This document shows positions 1 through 12,086 of a DNA stretch of 64,000 bases, piece after piece. Position numbers and translations under genes: made by a program. The stretch is taken from positions 3,182,484 to 3,246,483 of the forward strand of contig BFEA01000046.1 in the NCBI GenBank assembly GCA_003427395.1, written 5' to 3'. The notes below the pieces were generated by a model. The model saw only the letters and a list, made by a program, of their open reading frames with translations. It was not told the DNA's origin and searched no databases. Position 1 is the first letter of the stretch. Every line of letters starts with the position of its first letter. The DNA is from Chara braunii. Its lineage: Eukaryota > Plantae > Charophyceae.

Positions 1-1683
1 AAGGCAATATGAAATTGGTGTAGTATTCTGAACTGATTGAACCGCCTGAATGCGGTTCAGACAACCTCATGTATGGACACAAAGGCAATCTGAAACTGTT
101 GAAGTAATCTGAAGTGGCTAAACCACCTGAAAGTTGTTCAAACAACCTTAGGTATGGACATAAAGGCAATCTGAAATTGGTGTAGTAACCTGAAGTGACT
201 AAACCGCCTGAAGGCGGTTCAAACAACCTTATATATGGACACAAAAGCAATCTGAAACTGCTATAGTAACCTGAAGTGACTTAACTGCCTAAATGCAATT
301 TAGACAACCTCATGTACGGACCCAAAGGCAATCTGGACCTGTTGTAGTAACCTTAAGTGACTGAACCGCCTGAAGGTAGTTCGGACAACCTCATGTATGG
401 ACACAAAAGGCAATCTGAAATTTGTGTACTAACCTGAAGTGATTGAACCGCCTGAACGCCGTTCAGACAACCTCAGGTATGGACACAAAGACAATCTGAA
501 ATTGGTGTCGTAACCTGAAGTGATTGAACCTCCTGAAAGCGGTTCAGACAACCTTATGTATGGACACAAAGGCAATCTGAAATTGGTGTAGTAACCTGAA
601 GTGACTGAACCGTCTGAAGGCGGTTCAGACAACCTTTTGTATGGAAATAAAAGCAATATGAAACTGTTGTAGTAACCTGAAGTGACTGAACCGCCTGAAT
701 GTGGTTCAGACAACCTTATGTACGGACCCAAAGGCAATTTGAAACTGTTGTAGTAACCTGAAGTGACTGAACCGCCTGAAGGTAGTTAGACAACCTCATG
801 TATGGACACAAAGGCAATCTGAAATTGGTGTAGTAACCTGAAGTGATTGAACCGCCTGAAGGTCGTTCAGACAACCTCATGTATGAACACAAAGGCAATC
901 TGAAATTGGTGTAGTAACCTGAAGTGACTGAACCGCCTGAATGCGGTTGAGACAACCTCTTGTATGGACACAAAGGCAATCTGAAATTGGTGTAGTAACC
1001 TGAAGTGACTGAACCGCCTGAAGGCCGTTCAGACAACCTCATGTACGGACACAAAGGGAATGTAAAGGCAATTTGAAATTAGTTTACTAACCTGAAGTGA
1101 TTGAACCGTCTGAAGGCCGTTGAGACAACCTCATGTATGGACACAAAAGCAATCTAAAGGTAATCTGAAATTTGTGTTGTAACTTGAAGTGATTGAACCG
1201 CCTGAATTCGGTTCAGATAACCTCATGTATGGACACAAAGGCAATCTGAAATTGTTGTAGTAGCCTGAAGTGACTGAACCGCCTCAAGGTAGTTCAGACA
1301 ACCTCATGTATAGACACAAAGCCAATCTGAAATTTGTGTACTTACCTGAAGTGATTGAACCGCATGAAGGTCGTTCAAACAACCTCATGTACGGACACAA
1401 AGGCAATCTGAAATTAGTGTACCAACGTGAAGTGATTGAACCGCCTGAAGGCCGTTCAGACAACCTCATGTATGGACACAAAGGCAATCTAAAGGCAATT
1501 TGAAATTGGTGTAGTAACCTGAACTGATTGAACCGTCTGAATGCGGTTTAGACAACCTCATGTATGGATACAAAGGCAATCTGAAATTAGTGTACTAACC
1601 TGAAGTGATTGAACCGCCTGAAGGCCGTTCACACAGACACAAAGGCAATCTAAGGGCAATCTGAAATTGGTGTAGTAACCTGA
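1..1683. repeat. 81-bp minisatellite, about 20 copies, runs off the window start
   Basis: The unit AAGGCAATCTGAAATTGGTGTAGTAACCTGAAGTGACTGAACCGCCTGAAGGCGGTTCAGACAACCTCATGTATGGACACA recurs at 1, 82, 163 and onward. Some copies carry an 11-bp internal duplication. Confidence 0.97.
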
Positions 1684-2689
1684 GTTGGCTGAAACTGATG
1701 TAGTAACCTCATGTGCCTTCACAAAGGCAAGATTATGGAGTTTGCTGAGACTCCATAGAAGGGAATAGGGACCTGGAAATATATGCATACGTTAATCATC
1801 TCTCGACCTTAGGGGCTCAAATTTGAAGCAAGGACTACTTGGGAGGAACACGGAATATTGTTTGCCTTGGATGTCAACCAGATCCAAGGCTGAAAAGGCA
1901 CCGAGGTATGGAGAAACACCTCCGCCTACCGAAAATGGGGCAGAAACTGAAAAAATCGAAAAAAAGGTCCTTTAGGTTTTTTTCTCTCAAGTAAGGCTGC
2001 CCCTTGGGCATTGGGACTCAAAGGGGCAGCATTTTGGAAATGGAAAAAAGGTTGAAGGAGGCCAAGAGGCAATCCGAGTTGGTACCAACCACTCGGACAA
2101 CATGTACTTGGCCAAAATAAGGCCCGGGTACCTCCGGAAGGGTTTAGTGGTGAAATTTTGCCTTGGGAGTACCTCGGTTTACCCCAAGGCACAAGGGGAG
2201 GACTATGGGCTGGCCGGAGTACTGCTTTCAGCCTACATGAGTTGAGGATTCAGTCCACCACACTCACATTTGCATGAGGAGTGCCCATGCTGCCCAATTG
2301 GGCTTATAGGCGCACCTTTCTCACTTGGAGAGAGGAGAGGGGAACCCATGTCAGTCTGGGAGTTTGGAGGAGACTGTGAGCTTGGGGAAGAAGCCCTAGA
2401 GGTTAGTGGTAGTGAGGCTGGCCTAGGGAGGTGATCCGCCATAGCCCCCAGGCTGTGAGGAAGAGAGAGAGGCTAGAGAGAGTCCCATTAGCCCTCCTAA
2501 AGGGGAGGACTCCATAGCCATAGTGGAGGGAGTTTGCCATAACTTGGGAGAGGTTGAGAGAGGAGGAAGAGACGAGTTAGGGAAGAAGAGAACCATAGCC
2601 AAGGTGATTCTTGGGCAAGGAAGGGAGAGATTTCATCAAGGTTGGTGCTCCATCCCAAGACATTAAAGAGTTGAGTGAAAAAGAGGAGA

Positions 2690-2905
2690 TTATTTTTTTT
2701 TTTTTCTTCTTTTTCTTCTTCTTCTTCTTCTTCTTTTTCTTCTTTTTTCTCTTCTTCTTCTTCTTTTTCTTCTTCTTCTTCTTCTTTTTTTTCTTCTTCC
2801 TTCCTTATCTTCTTTCTCCCCCCCCTCTCCTTCATCTTATTTTCCTTCTTCTCCTTCATCTTTCTCCCTTTCCCCTCCCCACTCTCTTCTTCTCTCTCTC
2901 TCTCA
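2690..2905. repeat. Poly-T/(TTC)n/(CT)n low-complexity tract
   Basis: Directly visible. It explains the poly-F/S/E/K ORFs here. Confidence 0.95.
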
Positions 2906-2978
2906 ATGGGAACTTTCCTAAGCTTAGAGTAAATGGTAAGAAGCCTTCTCACTAGTAATGATCTCTCCATGGGCTCAT

Positions 2979-3810
2979 TCTTCACTACCATGTGAACCGC
3001 CACTCCTCCTCTTGTGTTTTCATGCATTTGAGTGAGCTACACTCACTTTTTCCTCACTTTCTCTCGACTTCTTCACTTAGGTGCAAATCACAACTTTTGT
3101 CCTTGCTTATTCTCGTGTTTTGATGATGATTAATTCTTGTTTTGTCCATTTCTTCACTACCATGTGAACCGTCACTCCTCCCCTTGTGTTTTCATGCATT
3201 TGAGTGAGCTACACTCACTCTTTCCTCACTTTCTCTCGACTTCTTCACTTAGGTGCAAATCACAACTTTTGTCCTTGCTTACTCAAGTGTATAGATGCTG
3301 ATTAGCTCTTGTTTTGTCCATTTTTTCACTCCTAGGTGAAACGTTACTTCTCCCCTTATGATTTCATTCATTTGAATGAGTTCTACTCACTTTTTTCTCA
3401 CTTTCTCTCCACTTCTTCACTTAGGTGCAAATCACAACTTTTGTCCTTGCTTATTCTAGTGTATAGATGATGATTAACTCTTATTTTGTCATTTTCTTCA
3501 CTTTCATATGAACCGCCACTCCTCCCCTTCAAATTTCATGCATTTGGGTGAGTTACACTCACTCTTCTCTCACTTTTTCTCCTCTTCTTCCCTTAGGAGC
3601 AAATCGCAATTCTTGTCTTTGATCAATCTGGTGTTTTGGTAATGATTATCTCTTGGGTTGTCCTTTTCGTACTTCCATGTGAATCGCCACTTCTCCCCAT
3701 GTGATTTCATGCATTTGAGTGAGTTAGACTCACTATTTTCTCATTTCCTCTTCTCTTTTTCACTTAGGAACAAATCGCAACTCGCGTCCACGCCTGCGGT
3801 AGTGTTTTTG
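2979..3810. repeat. About 172-bp tandem repeat, 5 copies
   Basis: TTCTTCACTACCATGTGAACCG-like starts at about 2979, 3151, 3322, 3494 and 3666. Copies contain the inverted repeat GAGTGAG-CTACA-CTCACT. Confidence 0.9.
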
Positions 3811-3854
3811 ATGGTTCCTTTCACCTACTTTGCTCAGTTTTCCCACACGATGAC

Positions 3855-4120
3855 ATTCTGTTTCATGCTTGGTTGTAGTCATAAGCTTCAAGCATGTGTT
3901 TGAGCAGGTCTCACTCACACGCATGACTCAACATTCACATGATAATATTCCATTGCATTCTTGGTTGTAGTCATGAGCATCAAGCATGTGTTGGAGCAAG
4001 TCTCACTCACCATGCATCGCTCATCTCTCATATGATGCCATTTTGTTTCATTCTTGGTTGCATCCATGAGCCTTGGGCATATGTTTGAGCAAGTCTCACT
4101 GACATGTATGGCTTATCCTT
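3855..4120. repeat. About 92-bp tandem repeat, 3 copies
   Basis: CTTGGTTG...CATGTGTTTGAGCAAGTCTCACT recurs three times. Confidence 0.8.
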
Positions 4121-4134
4121 CATTAGGTAGTCTT

Positions 4135-6006
4135 CCGATTCTCACTTGACCGTTTAAACTTATCACGTGTTTCTGCTTTCACTACTCATACTCTCATCTT
4201 GTCAAGTTCATGCTCTTGGTAGTATTCCGGTTCTCACTTGGTTGTTCAACTTTTCATGTGCTTGTGCTTTCATCTTGTGAAGTCCGTGCTCTTAGTAGTG
4301 TTCTGGTTCTCACTTGGCTGTTCAACTTCTCATGTGCTTGTGCTTTCATTTTGTCAAGTTCGTGCTCTTAGTAGTGTTCCGGTTCTCACTTGAATGTTCA
4401 ACTTCTCTTGTGCTTGGACTTTTACTACTCGCGCTCTCATAATATCAAGTTCATGCTTTTGGTAGTGTTCCGGTTCACACTTGGTTGTTCAACATCTCAT
4501 GTGCTTGTGCTTTTACTCTCATCTTGTCAAGTTCAGACTGTTGGTAGTGTTCCAGTTCTCACTTGGCTGTTCAACTTCTCATGGACTTGCGCTTTCACTA
4601 CTCGTACTCTCATCTTGTCAAGTTCATGTTCTTGGTAGTTTTTCAGTTCTCACTTAGTTGTTCAACTTCTCATGTGCTTGTGCTTTCACTACTCATACTC
4701 TCATCTTGTCAAGTTCATGCTCTTGGTAGTGTTCTGGCTCTCACTTGGCCGTTCAACTTATCATGTGCTTGTGCTTTTACTACTCACACTCTCATCTTGT
4801 CAAGTTCATGCTTTTGGTAGTGTTCCGGTTCTCACTTGGCTGTTCAAACTCCTCATGTGCTTGTGCTTTCATCTTGTCAAGTTCATGCTCTTAGTAGTGT
4901 TCCGATTCTCACTTGGCTGTTCAACTTCTCATGTGCTTATACTTCCACTACTTATACTCTCATCTTGGCAAGCTCATACTCTTTGTAGTGTTCCGGTTCT
5001 CGCTTGGCTGATCAACTTCTCAGATGCTTATTCTTTCATCTTGTAAAGTTCATGCTCTTAGTAGTGTTCCGGTTCTTACTTCGTTTTTCAATTTCTCATG
5101 TGCTTGTGCTTTCATTACTCATACTCTCATCTTGTTAAGTTCATGCTCTTAGTAGTGTTCCGGTTGCCACGTGGCCGTTCAAACTTCTCACGTGCTTGTG
5201 CTTTCACTACTCATACTTTCATCTTGTCACATTTGTGCTCTTGGCAGTATTCCGGTTCGCACTTGGCTGTTCAACTTCTCATGTGTTTGTGCTTTCATCT
5301 TGTCAAGTTTATGCTCTTAGTAGTGTTCCGGTTCTCACTTGGTTGTTCGACTTCTTATGTGCTTGTGCTTTCATCCTTTCAAGTTCGTGCTCTTAGTAGT
5401 GTTCTGATTCTCATTTGGCTGTTCAACTTCTCATGTGCTTGGACTTTTATTACTCACGCTCTCATATTGTCAGGTTCATGCTCTTGGCAGTGTTCTGGTT
5501 CTCACTTGGTTGTTCAACTTCTCATGTACTTGTGCTTTTACTACTCACAAACTCATCTTATCAGTGTTTCGGTTCTCACTTGGCTGTTCAACTTCTCATG
5601 TGTTTGTGCTTTCACTACTTACACTCTCATCTTGTCGAGTTCTTACTAGTGTTCTGGTTCTCACTTGGCTGTTCAACTTCTCATGTGCTTATAGTTCCAC
5701 TACTCATATTCTCATCTTGTCAAGCTCAAACTCTTGGTAGTGTTCCGGTTCTCACTTGGTTGTTCAACTTCTCATGTGCTTGTGCTTTCATCTTGTTAAG
5801 TTTGTGCTCTTAGTAGGGTTCCGGTTCTCACTTGGCTGATCAACTTCTCATGTGCTTGTGCTTTCATATTGTCAAGTTCATGCTCGTAAGTAGTGTTCCG
5901 GGTCTCACTTGGCTGTTCAACTTCTTATGTGCTTGTGCTTCCATTACTCATACTCTCATCTTGCCAAGTTCATGCTCTTAGTTGTATTCCGGTTCTCACT
6001 TGGCTG
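4135..6006. repeat. Minisatellite with two unit lengths (76 and 91 bp)
   Basis: CCGGTTCTCACTTGGCTGTTCAACTTCTCATGTGCTTGTGCTTTC(ACTACTCATACTCTC)ATCTTGTCAAGTTCATGCTCTTAGTAGTGTT starts at 4227, 4303, 4379, 4470 and onward. The 15-bp block is present or absent. Confidence 0.96.
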
Positions 6007-6079
6007 CTACTACTGTGGGATGGGTGACCAGCGTTTGGCTGCCATTAAGGAAGGATGATTTGATTAGGACTAGTTGCCC

Positions 6080-6093
6080 TTCTCTCTGTCCTC

Positions 6094-6126
<33 letters not shown>
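6080..6126. repeat. (CT)n microsatellite
   Basis: Directly visible. Confidence 0.95.
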
Positions 6127-6128
<2 letters not shown>

Positions 6129-6149
6129 CCACTTGGCAAGTAACTAACT

Positions 6150-7220
6150 TGTTACATTGTTAGGGAACGAACAATGAAAAAAACTTGTCCTCACTTGACG
6201 TAGAAACTGGGCAAGGGGAAGGTTGTTGGTTCCTTGTGCGGCCAAGTAGGAAAAAGGAAAGACACGTGAGCAATTGGGAGGGGTCAAGTCTGGAAAAAAA
6301 GACTAGATCAAGTTGGTAATTGAGGCAAGGTCAGTTTGACTCAACCATTTCCCCGACTGCATGACTATGAGAAAGGAATGGACCGATTGAGCAAAAAAGA
6401 CAGAACAATGAGAAACAAAAAAAAACAAAAGATAGGCATACGGGAAGGGCTATGTGTTGACCCCAATGGGGGATTGTATCGGTCTTTGCTCTTGTGTGGG
6501 ATTGCGCAGGTAAGTAAAGTCTTAGGATATCTTGAGCGGAACCAGACCGGGAGAAATCAAGCGACAAAGGAAAAAGGGAAGAGGGGGCAAAGGGGCTACG
6601 AGCCCTTAGTGTAAAACCAAACCATGAGGGAGACCTTTGTGCTTGAGACTTGGAATGCGAACAAAAGAAAGGGATGAGACTTGTTGCTGATCGGACTGTG
6701 AAGTAGCCTGCGTATGTATATGAAGGCCCCGAAAGGACTAAGGGGCCTACTCCAATGACGATGGATGAAATGTATGAGACACGAGGAGAGTGTAGAGGCA
6801 AGGGGAAAGACGGCGTTCCCGCACCCCGATGACGCCGTAGGATTGTTGTGCTTAGGAAAATGGTGTGTGGCCTAAGGATGATGCGCCTGCGCACAAGAGA
6901 GGAATAAATCCCAAAGAACCCCTGGACTGCCTGCGTATTGGAAGGAGCATTTGCTTGAGAACATAACCAAGAATGGAAAAAAAATCAGTGTTTGCGGAAT
7001 GACCAGCGAGACTACCACCCGGCATGAGGGCTGAGCTACATCCCCTATGTCAAAGCTCTCTCGCGCGATGGCCCACCCCCATCCATCTCAAAGCACTAGC
7101 TGGGGGTGACCCTGGGACGAAAGGCCCGCGCCCTGAGCGTGAGCATGGGCGGGCTGAGCCAAATGGGACCCGCAGTGGGGTCGACCATGACTCGAAAGTC
7201 TACCGGGGTTTGGCCCTACA
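6150..7220 (+). mobile_element. LTR of Ty3/gypsy family C (1.07 kb)
   Basis: Runs TGTTACATTGTTAGGGAACGAAC...GGCCCTACA (TG..CA ends). Both ends are homologous to the reverse complement of 59317-60465, and homology stops at these termini. Confidence 0.88.
6507..6515 (+). promoter_or_regulatory. Putative 5' splice donor in LTR C
   Basis: CAG|GTAAGT. The homologous site in the minus-strand LTR (60115-60123) is CAG|GTGAGT. Confidence 0.55.
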
Positions 7221-8960
7221 AAATCGGTGGAGGCGACGAGCATGGGGTTAGACTGACCCTTGCGATTTCGAAGGGGGTGCCCGACAAATTGACGTGTACA
7301 TAACTTAAGATAAGAGAATGAGGAATTGTGTTTGCTCTACCCCTTGAGAGAATCAAATTTGAGAGTGGCTGGGCGCATGGCATGGCCAGGCCTGGAGGAA
7401 AAACATGCATGCTACACACTTGATCAGCTTACTCCTTTGTTGAATGGCTCTAGCCCCCCTCCTTTGGTGTTGATGTTCGCCAGTCCGAAGAAGCCTCGGG
7501 CGAGTCACAGGTCAACCCTTCTTTTCGTATAAAAGAAGGGCTCCAGTTACCTGGCAGGCGGTTGGCACTTCGGCTTCGGCCGGAGTTCGATGAAAATCCT
7601 GCGGCGGAGTGATCCGGCCGATTGGGTGCCCTTCTCACCTCTTCTTTTGAGCCCAGCGGGCTCATGTACTCTGCACTTGAAATGCTTGAAGGAACCTACA
7701 TGAACACAATGGGTCATCAAGAAGGAACAATCCTATCCTATGAAAGGACAAACAAATGATGATAAAGGGAATAAAGGTAGTTGCTAGACTCCAAAGAAAA
7801 CTAGCTCCCTCTTAAAGACGCTCACGAAAAGGAACCAGCCACTATGTATGGAAGTAAGGGGAGTGACACTCATTGTCCTGAGAGAAAACTGTGAGTTATG
7901 GATAGGAAGCGCTGGGAGCACCAAGGGAAAGGCACTTGTACTATGTGTGTCCCACTTGGGACTTGTGACTTACATGAAGGAAATTGAGCATCCTGCCTTT
8001 CGGAAGGAAAGGATGGGTCTGCACCGGCTGATGCGGGATGGTGAAACGTCGTTCTTTTGTAGTACCGTCGGGTCTCATATACAGAGGTCGAATCACCGAG
8101 CTGTCGGACAGGAGTTGGTCTTGCCGGTTGATTAGTAGCACTCTCTCCCGGGCGGTTTGAGCATGGCTCGACACCTTGCCCAGGCGGGATGCGAAACGTC
8201 TCCTCAGGCAGGGCTTAGCTTGTCGGTTGGCGGAGGGGGACCACTGTATGTGAGGCAAGGAGGGAGCCCCGGAGACGACTAGTAGCTTCTCGTAGTATGG
8301 TTTGGGAAAGGCTGATTCTTATCAGACCGATGAAAGTGAATGCCCGAACGACTGACTTTTTGCACCTAGCAGGGTGCGCGGGGTGATTCCCGGTACCAAC
8401 GGGGTATGCAAGAGCGGCAAGACGGGATGGGGTATTTTGGGCGAATGGAGAGGGGTAACACCCTGTGCCAGAGTCTGGGTACTGTGCTCGCGATGGTTGA
8501 GTTGCGCTTGAGGTATGGGATAAAACCCTGCCGAAAGTACCAGCGGAGAGACCATATTGGGGTAGGCTGGTGAGGACATGACCGACCCGTATGTGAGATT
8601 GTCTGATTTTTTTTTTGTATATTGCCCCTCTGTAAAGGTCGACTGGGTTTGAATTGTTGAGCGGGGTTTGACTCTAGTCTATTCTCACCTCCCTTTCTAA
8701 GTCTACACGAGTTAGAGATGATTGAAAGGAAGGAGGATAGAGGTTAGTCGGAATGAAACCAAGAGAAAGAATGTTGGGTAGTGAATGGTCGACCGAGGGT
8801 ACTATGGGAGGGTGGTACTTAGGAATGGGGAGGTAAACTAGGGAGACCTTGATGAGGGGTTTGAAATAATTCTCATCCAGGATATAGATTGACCTGACAA
8901 AAAGGGCGGGGCCGTTCAGTGCTCTCTTATGGAAACAGGTGTCGGGTGCTGGAAAACAAG

Positions 8961-9764
8961 ATGGTGCGGTGGTTGTCATCCCCAATCTATACAAGCAGTC
9001 TGGAAATGCCGGTAGATGTAAAGGATGGGGTATCGGTCGTCTTCCCGGAAGAAGGAACGTGGACAGATGTAGAGCCATCCTATCAAACTGTAATGTTGGA
9101 CGAGGAGGACGCGTTCCTCTGAATAGAAACGATATGGACTAAGGTCAGCTTGACGAGGTTGTCACCAAGCTTGATGGATCTGGAATTCCGAGGGACGGTG
9201 GAAGCCCGAGGGTGGGTCTACTTGTCGCAAGATGGGGAAAACGCTACGGGCATAGACTTGGTACTAGGGACCGTGCCGGACGAATTGTTTAGGAAGGCAG
9301 AAAAAGAGGTTGTATGAGCTGCATATCAACGAGCAGAAATGAAAATGGAAAGGGTAGATGTGCGAGTGGAACTCGAGGAAAGAGGAAGCGTGAGGCGACC
9401 TGTCAGGACAATGAGATGTGTGTTGCCTCCCTTTCTAGTGAACATGATCTTCGGAACTCGGAGCAGGCTAGTACATATATGCCAATCCATGACGAACCTC
9501 GGGCTATACCAATGCGCCAGGCAAGACTTCTTCTAGTTGTTGGTAGAAATGAAGCCGTTTGAAGGGAATTGGGCGGAGGAACTGATCGAGATGCTGAACT
9601 ATCTTAGCATAGACAATGTCTTTGTCCCTAGCCCTGTGCATTGGGGGATAGTCTACAGAAACGTGGCGGTAAGGGAGACATTCCTGGAAGGGGTGAAGGA
9701 ATTGTTATACGACGAAGAAGATGACGTCAATGACGATGATGAGAGAGATGCGATAAAGGATTGA
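8961..9764 (+). pseudogene. Accessory ORF 1, unknown ~250-aa family, 3 in-frame stops
   Basis: ORFs 8919, 9339 and 9537 share one frame. Motifs DAFLxIETIW, VEARGWVYL, VRVEL, VLPPFLVNMIFG and PFEGNWAEELI align with 63016-63801. Confidence 0.8.
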
Positions 9765-9827
9765 GATTTTTGAGGTAAGGGACTTGTTTAGGGAAAACTG
9801 AGTGGCCTGGCTAGGGAACAATTGTTG

Positions 9828-10562
9828 ATGGACTGTTCTTTTAAAGGATGGGAACCAAGGCGACTCAGAGGGGGGGTAGAAATGCCTATATCAGCGGAAA
9901 ATGAATGGAGAGGAACCACGTGCGAATGTGTTGGGTTTGAAGTTGTCCCGGGGCTATCGTACGTTTGGATACAACAAATCTGGAATTCGACAAGGGAAGA
10001 GGAAGGCTGGGACGAGATAGCGGAGGGCAAAGTGGAATCAGTCGGAATAGTCGTTCTTTCCGAGAAAGGATGACACTTGTTTTGCACCATGGTGGCAGCG
10101 GGACATGATCCGATGTGGCTTCTGGGGGCAATGGAGGCACGAACCAGGAAGGAGGGCGAGAGGTTCGCCAACGAGTGATGGGATGAAGTCAGTAGTAGGG
10201 TTGTGATGGGAGGATGGAAGGAGCTCAAACCTCCCAGCCTGCGAACAACAGTCTGGGTGCCGGAGTTTGTGGCCGAGTGGTTTGGGGGTTTCGACCACAT
10301 TCTAGAAGTGGCCGATCCCATGAGAGGGACGCACATAGGGTGTGCCTGGCGGACTGAGGAATTCTACAAGACCTCGTTGAAATACGAGCCCTTCTACGGT
10401 GATAAACCCTGGGAAATTCTCACCGTCCTGAGAATAGGTAAGTATGACCACCTAGAGGTAGACATGGCAGCCTGGGACGCCATAGTTAGTCGGGAGGCGG
10501 CCGCCGCTTCATCCTACGTAGATGATGTTTTCAAACTGTTTGAAGTACCGTGGTTCGATTAA
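9828..10562 (+). pseudogene. Accessory ORF 2, same family, 2 in-frame TGA
   Basis: ORFs 9822 and 10203 share one frame. Motifs VESVGIVVLSEKG*H, SRVVMGGWKELKPP, VPEFVAEWFGG and PFYGDKPWEIL match the family. Confidence 0.8.
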
Positions 10563-10849
10563 AGGACCGGGAAATCGGACGCCGTGGGGAAATCAAAGTG
10601 TGTGGGGGGGGGGTGCCTGTAAACTAAGGGGTAACATAAGATAGGGGCATGCGCATTAGTTTAGCAGGGTATGCAAGAAGATTGAAACAAGGAGAGGCGT
10701 CCGACCGTTGTCGGCGCAAGTGTGGGGCGCAAGGCAGAAAAAAGAAGAAAAAGGACATGAACGGGAAGGGAAACAGTAGGAGGATGAGCAGTTGCTGAAG
10801 AAGGGGTTGTAATCCTCTTTGTTTGGGCTATGCAGGAAATCACCAAACA

Positions 10850-11643
10850 ATGAAGGCGACAAGACGTGTTCGGACGGCACGCCAGCCCCGGTACCCCTGC
10901 CCGCCATAGAATAACGGCAGAGGGTGGGAAGTGTCCCTTTCGTCAAGTTTCAAATTCTGGGGAATTGACATGGAGTGGCGGACTGTAACCTTGGGGAGGA
11001 ACGACGCCTTCATAATGGTGGAATGTTTGTGGACCGGGATGAGATTTAACCGAGGGCCTGAGGACGACCTGTACTCCAACTTGGAAGTAACAGGGACTTT
11101 GTATCTACCGGAAATTGGTTGACACTCGCTGGGAGTAGGAATAGCACAAGGTCGCGATCTAGCCCCGGTCTTTTGGCGGGCCTCCTGGGTACTGACACAG
11201 ATAGGTCAATCGGTCAGGGATAGGAGGAACGTGGGCTTACGAACCCGAGTGGAAGTAGGGAGCTGGCATGAGTTTAGCGCACCAGCAACCCCGCTAAGAT
11301 GTCGGGTCCCCCGATTCATGATAAACCTCATCTTCGGGAGTCTCGCGAGGGCACAGGATCTGGCGGACTTTGCAATGGTCTGGGTAGATTACTTCCCGCC
11401 TCAAACCATCGGGATGTTCTTTGACGTCTTTGTGGAGCACGTGCCGTTTTGGGGGAATCGGGCCCAGGAGCTGCTGGGGGTCATCAATATTTTAATATTT
11501 GGGTTGCCGTAGTTAGCCTGCGCGGAATACGAGCACATAATTCGGAGGGAGATCGAGGTGGGAGAGAGATATCTAGCAGGGGTGGCTCAACTATTCGAGG
11601 AGCCTACCAAACCGGAAGGGCCACAGGGACGAGAGCGGGACTA
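10850..11643 (+). pseudogene. Accessory ORF 3, same family, direct homologue of 63016-63801
   Basis: ORFs 10931 and 11231 share one frame. The protein is highly similar along its length to the minus-strand intact copy (EWRTVTLGR, MVECLW, GLRTRVE, CRVPRFM, PFWGN). Confidence 0.9.
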
Positions 11644-12086
11644 GCACCAGGGAGCGAGCCGGTATGACAAATAAAATATACTCCATTACGTATAAGAGCT
11701 CATCGATGAGAATAGGGAAGGACCGTCAGACCCGGATATTCAAAAACCCGCGGCGGAATAGGGAAGGGATAAATCCACGATAATTGTCATAACCAGAAAA
11801 GTTGAACGGAGTGCTCAACCGAAACTCCTGAGGGCCCGACACAACAAACTGGGGCGCTCTAAACGAGTTGTCACAAGGGGAACTAATTTCTGCTCCTTAG
11901 CTCGATAGGGCAGCAGGGCCAACCCCGGGTTTCTTCCTTTTCTGGAAAAGAAATCAGAGGACGAAAATGGGGAGGGGGCTACCATCTATATAAGATAAAA
12001 CAAAAGGGACTAGAGTCTATGGAACCTAAATGCCTCGAGTTGCCTATGTCCTGGAGAATCCTCTGGTTTATGTAGATCTAGCCAAA

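Noticed and set aside
1-1683. 81-bp repeat as a coding repeat (27-aa ORFs), ribozyme or selected hairpin
   Set aside because: The ORFs arise because the unit length is divisible by 3 and are frequently broken. The 3' arm of CTGAACCGCC/GGCGGTTCAG is the most variable part, without compensation. There is no CUGANGA/GAAA core.
2497-3027. E/K-rich, poly-F and poly-S ORFs
   Set aside because: They are translations of (TTC)n microsatellite.
4390-5813. Hydrophobic membrane-protein-like ORFs
   Set aside because: They are translations of the T-rich minisatellite in all three frames.
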